The notes beneath the pieces are model-generated. The model searched no databases and was not told the DNA's origin. It saw only the letters and a program-made list of their open reading frames with translations. A DNA stretch of 64,000 nt from Octopus vulgaris (taxonomy: Eukaryota): the NCBI GenBank assembly GCA_951406725.2, contig OX597815.1, positions 182,032,001-182,096,000 on the forward strand, read 5' to 3'. Below, piece by piece: positions 1-11,719 of the stretch (positions within the stretch are counted from its first letter, which is position 1; every line of letters begins with the position of its first letter). A program made the translations under genes and the position numbers.

Positions 1-260
1 CTATAGTAGAAGACACTTGCCCAAGGTGCCATGCTGTGAGACTGAACCCGGAACTTTTTGGTTGGTGAGCAAGCAACTTACCACACAGTCACTCCTACAC
101 CTCTCCATAACTTAGCAGTTCAGCAAAAGCGACCAATAGAACAAGTACCAGGCTTACAAAGATAAGGACTGGAGGAAAATCATTAGAGTAAAATTCTTGA
201 AAGTGGTGCCACAACATAGCCGTAGTCTAATGACTGCAACAAGTAAAAGTTAAAAAGAAA
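1..260. mobile_element. SINE family A fragments (head on -, tail on +)
   Basis: 1-102 is the reverse complement of the family A tRNA/CORE-like head; 107-260 matches its 3' part. Confidence 0.75.
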
Positions 261-475
261 AGATGATCAAGAAATAATGATCACCCCTAATTCTTCACTT
301 AATTGTATTTGTATTTAATAATGTTGATTACAGTCTTATTGGGTCGCATTCGTTAGAACTGATTCTAATCACATCTAATAGAATACTTAGATCATTCAGT
401 TGAAAACGAAGTATTTACCATCAGAGCAAATTATCAACAATAACAGACATAGGCAGGGCTGTAGGCTTCACAACT

Positions 476-516
476 CCAAACTGATGATGAGCAATGACTC
501 CGAAACTAGTCTTTGG
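476..516 (+). ncRNA. Minimal type I hammerhead ribozyme motif, copy 1 of a tandem pair
   Basis: ccaaa-CTGATGA-t gag caatga ctc c-GAAAC-TA-GTC-tttgg. Stem I ccaaa/tttgg, palindromic stem III ACTAGT, predicted cut after 511. Confidence 0.8.
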
Positions 517-792
517 CTTTGCTGGGTGGAGGTGTTTATCTCCACTTTGAAAAGATAAGGATACAGGAAATGGTGTTTCCTAGAGCTAAATAGCAGTAGC
601 ATTCTTCCCTTTTATTGGACTATCACATTAAGTTGACAACCTGCTATCACTTTATCGTGCTGATACTGTATTAATCTCTCTGAGAGATTTAGAAATATAT
701 TATTTTTATTTTCAAAACAATCAGTGAATGTATTTCACTTAAAATATGTTTTCAAAGGCAGATAGGCATCGACAGCTAGCAAGCCATGCTAC

Positions 793-835
793 TCCAGACT
801 GATGATGAGCAAAGAATCTGAAACTAGCCTCTGGA
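793..835 (+). ncRNA. Hammerhead motif, copy 2 (degenerate, GCC triplet)
   Basis: tccaga-CTGATGA...GAAAC-TA-GCC-tctgga. Stem I shows a compensatory change relative to copy 1. Confidence 0.65.
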
Positions 836-1129
836 TGCTGGCTTTGCTGTGTGGAGGTGCTTATCTCCCCTTTGAAAAACTTAAAGACACAGGAAATGTG
901 TCAAGTCCAACAGGAAACGGTGTTTCCTAGGGCTAAATATCAGTAGTATTCTTCCATTGCATGGGACTGTCACATTAAGTTGACAACATACCATCACTTT
1001 CTCCATCAACATTGTTCCAGATTTGATCCAACTGCATGGCACTTTGCGTTTGTCACTTCTACTATGACCCTTGAGATGACTAATGCCTCATTAGTGGAAT
1101 TTGGTTGATGGAAACTATGGCAGGGGCTC

Positions 1130-1345
1130 ATCGTTGTCATCATCATCATCATCACCATTCAAGGTCTGTTTTCCACGTTGGCATGAGTTGGTAAGTTTGA
1201 CCGGAGCTGGCCAGCTGAAGAGCTGCTCAGGTTCCAGTTGTCTCTTGTGGCATGGTTTCTACAGCTGGATGCCCTTCCTAATGCCAACCACTTCAGAGAG
1301 TGTATTGGGTGCATTTTATGCAGGCCTGGCACCAGCATGGGTGAT
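1130..1345 (-). mobile_element. RTE LINE 3'UTR fragment (family C)
   Basis: (CAT)n tail plus cagctggatgcccttcctaatgccaaccac motif shared with about 10 other copies. Confidence 0.7.
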
Positions 1346-1636
1346 CTTATATGGTGGTGTGGCCATGTGTTAAGGTGGGATGAAGAGCATGTTCTGAGGA
1401 GGGTGATTGTATTTGAGGTAAATGGAGCGCAGAAGCAAGGTAGACTGAGGAAAAGTTGGAAGGGACAGGTGAAGGAGGAAATTGGGAGGGTCGGTTTGAA
1501 AAAGGAGGACTTCCAAAACCGGGCAAGATGGTGTGATGGTGTGTGGGTGGTTGCTATGGCACTGAGGTAGATCCGATCAGCCCCGTTAACAGGGGCAAAA
1601 CCCAGAGTTAAAACACTGGATGACGATGATGATGAC
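1346..1636 (+). mobile_element. RTE-clade LINE 3' end (ORF C-terminus, 3'UTR, (GAT)n tail)
   Basis: WCGHVLRW...GRLRKSW...NRARW* matches the RTE C-terminal pattern WxGHVxR...GRPRKxW...DRxxW. Stop at 1570. Confidence 0.8.
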
Positions 1637-1769
1637 TGACACAAGCACTTTTATGTGGAACTGGCATATCAGAAGATGAGCTTGGGAATTGGTATGACTG
1701 CATAGAAGACAGTAAATTCTAGCAAAGGCACCCTAAGAACACTTGATTACATTAAGCAGGGTGTTTGAT

Positions 1770-1993
1770 TAACTCTTCAGCATTTAGATGGTTCCATTAA
1801 ATTTAATATTTATTTATTTACATTGTTTTGAATTAATCATGCATTACCTTGTAACTTTGAGATTTTTTATGATATGATTATTTTTACGCTGACGTTGTTG
1901 AGTAAGTGTGAAAAGTTGGATCTGGCTGATCTTAACATAGAACAAGTGGAATATATAAGCCAGATATGGCTAGTTTAAATACTGAACAATTAA
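1770..1993. mobile_element. Degenerate TTAA-flanked piggyBac-type MITE (related copy at about 38418-38630)
   Basis: ttaactcttcagcattta ... taaatactgaacaattaa terminal inverted repeats. Confidence 0.5.
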
Positions 1994-2419
1994 GTCAACT
2001 GGCTAAAGACAATTACTCCGAACTGTTTCTGACTATCTAATTTCATTCTCAAGGCTTTGGTTGACTTGAGAAGACACTGGCTCAAAGTGTTGCTGTAGCA
2101 GTGAAAATGAAACGATATAGCTGTGACTCAAACACCTTAATGAATCACCCGTTCCTTTAGCCATCTTTCTGCATTTCTATCAATTCTGCTTGCAGTTTTC
2201 TATGTTGTTTAGGTTTTGTGGAGAAAATAAATGTTGAATATGGAAAGAAAAATCACAGCACAAAACACAGACACACATATACACACAGACACAGACACAC
2301 ATGAAGAAATAGGTCAGGGAGGAGGGGTAAACAGAGGAGGAGGAGGAGGAGGAATAACAGAAGTATATCAGTATAGATAATTACTCAAAGATGTTATATC
2401 TTATGAACATAACATATAT

Positions 2420-2647
2420 ATTTCTTTACTACCCACAAGGGGCTAAACACAGAGGGGACAAACAAGGAAAAACGGATTAAGTCGATTACATCGACCCCAG
2501 TGCATAACTGGTACTTAATTTATCGACCCTGAAAGGATGAAAGGCAAAGTTGACCCCGGCAGAATTTGAACTCAGGACGTAACGGCAGATGAAATACGGC
2601 TACGCATTTTGCCTGGCGTGCTAACGTTTCTGTCAGCACGCTGCCTT
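2420..2647 (-). mobile_element. tRNA-derived SINE family B (Meta/MESC-like central domain)
   Basis: Reverse complement of ggcggcgagctggcagaa...gagttcaaattc...gcctttcatcctttcggggtcgataaattaagtaccag. Confidence 0.8.
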
Positions 2648-2689
2648 CAAATATGTAACATATAACACTATTAGAAATGACAAATGCCT

Positions 2690-2960
2690 CTTTTGCCGAT
2701 TGTTAAGTTACAAGGATGTAAACACACCAATACCTGCTGTCAAGTGGTGATGGTGGACAAACACAGGCACAAAGACACACACACACACACACACACACAT
2801 GTATACATACAACAGTTTTCTTTCAGTTTCAATCTTCCAAATCCACTTAGGTTTTAGCTGGCCTGAGGTTATAGTAGAAAGCACTTGCGCAAGGTGTCAC
2901 GCCATGGAATTGAACCTGGAACCATGTGGTTGAGAAGCAAACTTCTTACCACACAACCAT
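2690..2960 (-). mobile_element. SINE family A partial
   Basis: Family A head plus internal (CA)n. Confidence 0.7.
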
Positions 2961-3954
2961 GAATAGCCTCTCCTCAAAAATTACAGGCCTTGTGCTGAAA
3001 TTAGATACTGGGATACACTTACAATCTTTTGAAATATCCGACCATTTTAGGGAATTTCAACTTCAAAGATAACATGACACAGAATTATGACAAGTGTATT
3101 TTCTAGTGTCCAATTGAACATTTGAAAAACTTCAAAATTGAATAAATTACTAAGATTAAAAGGTATCTTGGTCAAGTCAAAAGTTTTTTTTAAATCAATC
3201 TGATGTTTTCATTCAAACAACGACTGTTTGAAATTGTATTAAAAAATAAATCTGTCAATAACTCCAGATTTCACTTGGTGCCAATAATGGAATGTATTTA
3301 TTGAGAATAATGTAATGCCTTCAATGTCAATATGATAACGATTTCAGATTTTTCGGTTCCTTCTGACATGTTTTAAATTATTTTGTATAGATTACCGTGA
3401 TAATATTTTAGTAGATTGCATTCATTTAATTAACAAGCACTTTACAATCAATTTTATTTTCAAATAAGTCAATAGCTTTCAGTGAACTTGACACTTTTAT
3501 TTCAGTATTTTGCCATTGACTTGAATGAAATCAATATCTTAATCTACAGACTGATTTAACTTGTCAAGTCATTAGCTATATAATACATATGAGCAATTTA
3601 TCTTTGTATTGTTTACTTGTGGACTCCCTTCTCTGTCTACAAATGATTAATTCAGCAAGCTACAATCATATTAATCACAAAACTGTTTGAAAAGGTCTTG
3701 ATTTTTCAAACCTCTTGAGAAGATGGAGATTATCAATCATATTGCTGATAAAATTGATTAGTGAAGAAATGTGTATATATAAAGCGAAAATGATCAATTC
3801 TCATGTTTGTGGAGAAAAAGTAAAAAAGCTGGAGATTTACATATAAAAACATGAAACAAAAGACAAAAATAGTTACAATCGTTTTTAATTTTGATGAGTT
3901 TGGAATATTTTAAATGGCAACACGGAACTAATATTCTATTATACCCACTTGGTA

Positions 3955-4172
3955 ATATTGGTTTCAAATTTAGGCACAAGACCAGTAATTTTGGGGAAGG
4001 GGCTAAGTTGATTACATCAACCACAGGGCTCGCCTGGTACTTATTTTCTCAACCCTGAAAGGATGAAAGGCAAAGTTGACTTTGGTGGAATTTGAACTCA
4101 CAACATAAAGACAGACAAAATGCTTAGCAGCATTTTTCCTGGCATGCTAATGGTTCTGCCAGCTCGCAGTCT
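3955..4172 (-). mobile_element. SINE family B, alternative-tail variant
   Basis: Same head and central domain as family B with a different 3' segment. Confidence 0.7.
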
Positions 4173-4303
4173 TTCCCGACTTAATGATATTAGTGATATA
4201 TACATAATGTTAGAATATTCTTACATTTTAAAGATTTTGAAGGGAACGAATAACACAAGATGAGTGAAAGGTATCAATCTATGGTATGAGTAGTGCAAGA
4301 AAC

Positions 4304-4840
4304 ATCATCATCATCATCATCGTTTAACGTCCGCTTCCCATGCTGGCATGGGTTGGACGATTGACTGAGGGCTGGCAAACCAGATGGCTACACCAGGCTT
4401 CAATCTTGATTTGGCAGAGTTTCGACAGCTGGATGCCCTTCCTAATGCCAACCACTCCGAGAGGTAGTGGGTGCTTTTACATGCCACCAGTATGGGGCCA
4501 GTCAGGCGGTACTGGCAACAACCTCACTTGAATCTTTTACACATGCCACCGGCACAGGTGCCAGTAAGGTGATGCTGGTAACGATCACGCTCGAATGGTA
4601 TCTTTTACGTGCCACCGGCATGGAGGCCAGATAGCTGTTCTGGCAACGATCACGCTTGGATGGTGCTCTTAATACCCTACTAGCATGGGTCTCGAGTGCA
4701 AGTAAGGTGACGCTGGTAACGATCACGCTCGAATGGTGCCTTTTAAGTGCCACTGGCACAGAAGCCGGTTAGCCACTCTGTCAATGATCACACTCATATG
4801 GTGCTCTTTGCACCCCGCTAGCATGGACGCCAGTCATTGA
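4304..4840 (-). mobile_element. RTE LINE 3'UTR (family C) with internal tandem hairpin units
   Basis: (CAT)n tail, conserved core, repeated gtgccaccggcac / acgatcacgctcgaatggtg units. Confidence 0.8.
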
Positions 4841-5707
4841 ACATGAAAGAGCAAAAATAATCACAGCAAAATATCTAATCTAAGGGTCTGCTTAATAATG
4901 CAAGAGAAACATTACTTGTACTTAACTGTACTGCTTACTTACATCAATATATTAGTATCCGACTAGGTGTGTTTCTACAATGGTTAAGCATCCAATGGGT
5001 TAATGATTAAGCTGCTTTGCTTTCATAAGATCACAAAATTAATTATACAAACTCTAATGGCATCTTAATCATACATTTCCGTACCCTATTTTGTTTCACA
5101 GAAACATAACAATTTATTTATATGAGAAGAGGGGATTAGCAGAAAAGCTATTAACCATAACTGTATTTCAAACTAACTCACCACTTCAGTTTGTGGATAA
5201 ATACAAACTGCTACCATTACAAATAAATCAGTTTATCTTTCTGTTGCTGAAAGACTCCGCCTCATTGAATAAATTCACATAAATGAGTGAATTCTATATA
5301 ACAGCATTGACAAAGAATAGTAGTTATAAAGATCTTATTCTCTAAAAAAAAAAATACAGAACAATAAATATCAATTAATTAAAGACAAGATCCTTAAAAT
5401 AAATCTCAGCAAAGAATGGATCTAAAATTATCTGAGATCAGATAACTACGATAAAAGAAAATATAAGAGCAAAATCGCAGATGTATAAAAAAAACCCAGC
5501 TAATGCTTAACCGATATCTTTCAGCACAGTTAAAGTGGAATTTTTATCAGTTTCATAGGTTTTTAGTCCTTTTAGAAAATTTTCTCTAATAAATGTTTCT
5601 GCTGTAATTTATGATAATTAATTCTAGAATTAAAATTTTATGAAAATTTGCTTTTTAGCAAATATTAATATTGTCATTTAATCACTTCCTCCATAATTAA
5701 ATAATAA

Positions 5708-6145
5708 TTCTTTTCTACTCTAGACACAAGGCCCGAAATTTTGGGGGAGGTGGCCAGTTGATTAGGTCGAACCCAATATGCAACTGGTACTTAATTTATC
5801 AACCCCGAAAGGATAAAAGGCAAAGTCGACCTTGGTGGAATTTGAACTCAGAACGTAAAAACAGACGAAATATCATTAAGCATTTCACCCGTTGTGTTAA
5901 CATTTCTGCCAGCTCACCGCCTTACTAAAATCTTTTCTACTCTAGGCACAAGGCCTGAAATTTTGGGGGTGAGGCGGCCAGTCAATTAAATCGACTGCAG
6001 GATGCAACTGGTATTTAATTTATCGAACCCGAAAGGATGAAAGCAGAGTCGACCTCAACGGAATTTGACTCTGAACATAAAGACAGACAAAATACCGCTA
6101 AGTATTTTGCCCAGCGTGCTAATGTTTCTGCCAGCTTGCAACCTT
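5708..6145 (-). mobile_element. Two tandem SINE family B copies
   Basis: 5708-5923 and 5930-6145 align to each other and to family B. Confidence 0.8.
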
Positions 6146-6328
6146 AGCTAAATAATAATTGAGTAGACGAATGACAGATAGCTGAGCTTTATCCATCTTA
6201 TATCTTAGTCTTATTTTTAACTAAAGCATTTCAATATTAATATAATAATTTTGCAGCGTGGAAGGTGTTTGTAAGCCATTTAAGAAACACACAAAAGCCG
6301 TTCAATTCACTTCAACATTTAAATTTAA

Positions 6329-6378
6329 TTTGTCAAAATATTTTCGTCGCTAAAATCCGTGACCTGTTCACTGACAAA
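6329..6378 (-). ncRNA. Hammerhead-like motif with GUGAACA core
   Basis: tttgtca-GTGAACA-g gtcac ggatttta gcgac-GAAAA-TA-TTT-tgacaaa. Confidence 0.7.
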
Positions 6379-6401
6379 AGTTCGTGCTGCATCTCTGGAT
6401 T

Positions 6402-6451
6402 TTTGTCAGTGAACAGGTTGCAGATTTTAGTGACGAAAATATTTTGACAAA
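6402..6451 (+). ncRNA. Hammerhead-like motif with GUGAACA core
   Basis: tttgtca-GTGAACA-g gttgc agatttta gtgac-GAAAA-TA-TTT-tgacaaa; 7-bp stem I. Confidence 0.7.
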
Positions 6452-6689
6452 TTAAACTTAAATGTTGAAGTGAATCGAACGGCTTTTGTGTGTTTCTTAA
6501 ATGGCTTACAAACACCTTCCACGCTGCAATTGTTTTCGTTCCAGCACACGACCTCAGATCAAATCACTTGCTATGCGAGTACATCTCCGTAATATAATAA
6601 TTTTAGAAATTATATATCTAAACGTAAAGAAATACTGTATTTAATAAAAGTCCCTGTGTACATATTCACAAAATTCTGTAGAAAGATTT

Positions 6690-6853
6690 ATGTAGTTTGT
6701 TTGGCAAGCAGCTTGCTTGCCAATCACTTGGTTCTGGGTTCAGTCCCACAACATGGTACCTTGGGCAAGTGTCTTCTACTATAGCCTCCACCAAAGCCTT
6801 GTGAGTGGATTTGGTAGACACAAACTGAAAGAAGCCCGTCATATATATGTATA

Positions 6854-6898
<45 letters not shown>

Positions 6899-7017
6899 GC
6901 CCTCTATATAATATTAATAAATATATTCAAGTGGAAAAATTTTACAAAATTTTTCTCTTATGAGGTTTTTCACGCTAACTACTTGATAATTTCTTATGAA
7001 GATTTTATCCTATTTTT

Positions 7018-7048
<31 letters not shown>

Positions 7049-7136
7049 GCATGTGTGTGTGTATATGCTTGTGTGTCTGTGTTTGACCCCCCAACATCAC
7101 TTGGCAACTGATGCTGGTGTGTTTATGTCCCCGTAA
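6690..7136 (+). mobile_element. SINE family A, interrupted within its (TA)n tract
   Basis: Head at 6690-6842, body resumes at about 7050. Confidence 0.7.
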
Positions 7137-7153
7137 CAGACACACAAACATAT

Positions 7154-7196
<43 letters not shown>

Positions 7197-7198
<2 letters not shown>

Positions 7199-7800
7199 AC
7201 AACAATTGAGGAACGGCTATAATAGGCCGTTCAACCCACTAGAAATTGCAGCAAGGGCTCCAACCGCAAATAGTAGTAATTCCGAAATCAGAGGGAAAAT
7301 TAAAAAGACATTTACCCTGTTCTTCTTTAGACAATGCATAGAAATTGAATCGGCAGTTTATATTTGCTGCCGATAAGTTGGCGCGAGTACGATGATTTTG
7401 AAAATTTTAGGTCAGATATTACCGAGGCATGAAGGTAGCTGCCTCGTGTAATTTCTGTCCCTTCTGGCTCCTTTACTGATGAGCGTGTTGGCCTTTTGGA
7501 AGATTGACTTGATTAAGTTTAATTTAATTTAATCAGGCTGGTTTACCATTAAAAAACGCCGAAACAATGCATTGTCTAAAGAAGAACAGGGTAAATGTCT
7601 TTTTAATTTTTCCTCTGATTTCGGAATTACTACTATTTGCGGTTGGAGCCCTTGCTGCTATTTCTAGTGGGTCGAACGGCCTATTATAGCCGTTCCTCAA
7701 TTGTTGTTGAATTTATTAATAGTCTCTGACTATTTCCTCTTTCTTACTAGACCGCTGGTGGCAAAATAATTTCTATTGAATTTTTTGCTACCCTAATATT
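7197..7800 (+). mobile_element. Penelope-like foldback insertion in (TA)n
   Basis: 7197-7339 is the reverse complement of 7567-7709, followed by an unpaired 3' tail. Contains a hammerhead. Confidence 0.75.
7471..7581 (+). ncRNA. Type I hammerhead with long stem II
   Basis: cttta-CTGATGA-gcgt...cttgattaa/ttaatcagg...acgcc-GAAAC-AATGCATT-GTC-taaag; predicted cut after 7576. Confidence 0.8.
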
Positions 7801-7814
7801 GATATATATATACA

Positions 7815-7985
7815 TATATACGATGGGCTTCTTTCAGTTTCCATCTACCAAATCTCCTCACAAGGCTTTGGCTGGCCCAAGGATATAGTAGAAGACACTT
7901 GCCCAATGTGCCACGCAGTGGGAATGAACATGTAACCATGTGGTTGGTAAGCAAGCTGCTTACCACACAGCCATTCATGTGCCTA
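7815..7985 (-). mobile_element. SINE family A head
   Basis: Matches the family A 5' region. Confidence 0.75.
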
Positions 7986-9415
7986 TAGTGGAAATAACCG
8001 ATTAAAATTAACATAGAATCATAGAATTTTTACCCTCAAAAAGAAATAGAGAAATGAAAAGAATGTTTCACTTATATGAAGCAACTGTATGCCTACTTTT
8101 GCCCATGACTGTATATATAGTTTTTATCTACTAAATTTCACTTACAAAATATTGATGAACCTGAGACTATAAACAAAGTAGATCATTTGCCAAGGTGTCG
8201 TACTTCAGGATTGAACCTGAAAGCATGTGATGAGTAAATAAACTTTTGAACCACGTGATCATGCCCGCAATTTTATATATTTTATGCATTTCCTGCATCA
8301 AGCTGTTAAATGATCTAAATTGTTAAAATTAAAGTTTTGTACTCAGGTATATCAAATTTTGAAATGCCTTAAAGGAAATGCTTTTTAATGAAAATTTCAT
8401 ATTTTATTTGCATTCTTTATTTATATTTATTGGAATTTTTTTTTAAAGGGAGAGGAAACTTTTGTAAAATGTCTATTTCTACTTTTCTTTCTAATCTACC
8501 TTTATACAATGAAATATTTTTATTATTTGAATAATACCCCCTTTTTTTTTTAAGTTACTAATATTTGAGATAGCATTCTCATTCAAACAGCAAATCTATT
8601 TAAATAGTAATTATGAAAATAATGTAGAATTCCTTCCTCAATTATTTTTTTCCCAAAGTAATTACAACAATATTGAAGCATAGATTTTTAAGGACTTTGA
8701 TTAGATGTTTAACTCTGGAAAAAAAAAAATGCTGTTTCTTTTCTTTCTGAAATACAAATCCTATAACGTGTTAACTGTGCTAATTAATGTTCTTTGGTAG
8801 AATCAATTTGAATTATTCTGTAACATTCTTGAATTTAAGATTGTAATTGCATATAAAGTATTTAATCTTTTAACACCTTCACCAGAAAATTGCAGTGTAT
8901 TATATAATTAGAATCTCTGAATACCATTCAGTGTTCTAAACATCCATAAATATGCTTCTTCCTGTATGAAAAATAATAAATATAAAACATTTGCAGTTCT
9001 GGAAAAATACTTTACCAAAAATTCTCATCTATCTTTATCAGATAAAGGTGTGTATGTTTTTGTGAATTAACTACGTGGAATTGGCATAATTAAATTATAC
9101 AATATTACACTTATTTGCTTTTGCAAAAGAAATGGTGAAGGTTTCAGTTTAATGGCCAATACACACATGTTGGTTTTTATACAAGATAACATTTATGTGT
9201 GATAACATTTGCTTTCCTGTTGGTTGTGTAATGTACCACCAAGTGTAAAACCACTTACAGAAACATCGCGATTTAGACAACAAATATTTTGAATCTAATC
9301 ATTCACTCATTCATTAATAGAAATGTTTCTTAATCTGATACTAATTTACAAACATTTATATTGTACTACAGCAGCAGCAGTGGTAAGGCTGGGGGTGGGC
9401 ATCTGTTGTAATAAC

Positions 9416-9645
9416 ACGAGTTGGCAGGAATGTTAGCATGCAGGGCGAAATGCGTAGCCGTATTTCGTCTGCCGTTACGTTCTGAGTTCAAATTCCGCCG
9501 AGGTTGACTTTGCCTTTCATCCTTTCGGGGTCGATAAATTAAGTACCAGTTATGCACTGGGGGTCGATATAATCAACTTAATCCGTTTGTCTGTCCTTGT
9601 TTGTCCCCTCTATGTTTAGCCTCTTGAGGGCAATAAAGAAATAAG
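9416..9645 (+). mobile_element. SINE family B
   Basis: Near full-length match to the other family B copies. Confidence 0.8.
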
Positions 9646-9649
9646 AAAT

Positions 9650-10489
9650 GTAAGGGATTTACTTTGATGAGATATGCCAGACAAATGTATTGGATGAAGC
9701 AGTTCAGCAGAATATCACACATATTCACCAGACCTGTTTGCTCTGAACATTTTATGAAGATACTGTAAAGATAATATTTACTGTACAAGGCACCATTCAA
9801 GTGTGATCGTTACCAGCTTTGCCTTACTGGCACTTGTGCCTCATGCTAGTAGGGTGATAAGAGCACCATCCGAGCGTGATAGTTGCCAGAGCGGCTAACT
9901 GGCTTCCGTGCCGGTGGTATGTAGGAGGCACTATTCGAGCAGGATCGTACCAGCATCGCCTTACTGGCACCTGTGCCGATGGCATGTGTAAAAATTCTAG
10001 CGAGGTCATTGCCAGTACCGCCTGACTGGCCCCCGTGTCGGTGGCATGTAAAAGCACCCACTACACTCTCGGAGTGGTCGGCGTTAGGAAGGGCATCCAG
10101 CTGTAGAAACTCTGCCAAATCAAGATTGGAGCCTGGTGCAGCCATCTGGTTTGCCAGCCCACAGTCAAACTGTCCAACCCATGCTAGCATGGAATGCAGA
10201 CGTTAAAGAATGATGATGATGAAACAGCAACCATCAATGAATTGAGCACAGCCATTGTACAAGAATGCATGCAAATACCAAATTAAATATTTCTTGATGT
10301 CTGCTATTCCATTGCTTCATATTATTAGAAGCACCTGAACCAGAAATGCCGTTAATTTGAAAACAGGCATTAATAAAATGATTAAATTCTGTCCAGAGAT
10401 TCTATTAAATTTTGAAGATGGAATGTATTTTAATAAACACTAGCTTCATGATTATTTAATGCATGTAAACATTTTTTGAGGACACTGTA
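9650..10489 (+). mobile_element. Decayed Tc1/mariner (rosa-like) 3' half, interrupted by an RTE 3'UTR
   Basis: PDKCIG*SSSAEYHTYSPDL and TINELSTAIVQEC...FEN remnants; ends with ttttttgaggacactg-TA. Related remnant at about 43900-44355. Confidence 0.55.
9788..10222 (+). mobile_element. RTE LINE 3'UTR (family C)
   Basis: Tandem units, aggaagggcatccagctgtagaaa core, (GAT)n tail. Confidence 0.8.
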
Positions 10490-11320
10490 CATTATTTATG
10501 TATATCCATACACACACACAAATACTGAATGTAAAATATGCAAATAAAAGAAATTACAATATTAAAAATAATACTGATAATATAATAACTGGTAAAGATA
10601 TAGGACAATCTTAAAAATAAAAAAAAATACATATAACAAAAATATGTAGAAGAATACTAGAATGCCAAACCAGAGATAAAGAAGAAATGGTTAACTGTAT
10701 GGAAAAAGCATAATGCTGTGAATGTTGATAGTGATTTGGAACATATAAAACTGACAAAAGGCAGGAAGAAGAATTAGAAGATGAAAGAACAGGCATGGAT
10801 ATGAAAAAATTCTAAAAAAAAAAAATAAACAAGAAACAGGAAACAATTTTCAAAAGAAAGATATTAATCTTTAAAATATACCTGGAAAGCATCACTAAAT
10901 GAACAATGAAATAATCACAATAGCATGTTTACCACCATTATTATATTCTAGTCTCTTTATGTCTTTTTTTTTTCGTTTTGGAGACAGGGCGGTGATTGGG
11001 TTTCATTTTGCAGTATTTTATGATAAAGTGGGGAAATATTTGGAAAATCTATCTTTTTGTTATAATTATAATAACTTTTGTTATTGTCACCACAACAACA
11101 AGTGGTGGTGGTCCAATTATTGTTACTAATAACTCAAACTAAATAATAAATAGTGCAGTTATTGCATTTAAATTTGCTACCTATTCTCTTAATGTTCAGT
11201 TCTTTGTGGGTTTGTTCACTGTTCATATTTTTAGGCAAGACGAGATTGTTAGTTCTGCTTGAGACTATTATGCTAACACTAATTACTTTCTTTAATCTAA
11301 GTAAAAAATATCTTGAGTGG

Positions 11321-11441
11321 TACAGTTCTATATGGTGTAGTGGTTAAGAGTGCAGGCCACTAGCCCCAAGATTCCGAGTTCAATTCCAGGCAGTGACCTG
11401 AATGATAATAATAACATCAAAAAATACCTTAGAAATGAAAT
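11321..11441 (+). mobile_element. tRNA-hammerhead family E, head fragment
   Basis: A box tggtgtagtgg, B box gttcaattcc, (AAT)n and body start. Preceded by 12 nt of inverted tail (tacagttctata). Confidence 0.7.
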
Positions 11442-11682
11442 CATATGGCTATGATGCTTCCCCACTTCTTCTGCTTGTGATCAGAGATGCACATATCGTC
11501 AGCCACTAAGGGACATGGTCAACTGGTTAAGGTCAAGTAACTGACAAGTAAATCTGTGGTATTGAGCAGAATATTTGCTATAGCCAATCTTTTTGACCAA
11601 GACAAAACAATGTACATGATAACAATTCCAATCAGTTAAGATCAGAAGCCGTGAGAGCCACTGCCTAGTACTGCATCAGGGC

Positions 11683-11716
<34 letters not shown>

Positions 11717-11719
<3 letters not shown>

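Larger units (their letters stand above)
472..1000 (+). repeat. Direct repeat pair (472-653, 790-1000), each copy starting with a hammerhead; retrozyme/pLTR-like
   Basis: Two diverged copies whose CTGATGA cores are 318 bp apart. Confidence 0.75.
6253..6592. mobile_element. Foldback Penelope-like non-autonomous element (family F, G3-C8 hammerhead)
   Basis: Inverted arms about 6253-6380 and 6400-6528, a unique tail of about 65 bp, and TSD tataataatttt at 6241-6252 and 6593-6604. Confidence 0.8.

Noticed and set aside
10030-10062. Twister-ribozyme-like tgccggt...taaaa motif in family C
   Set aside because: The twister pseudoknot pairings and conserved UAA cleavage loop could not be identified.
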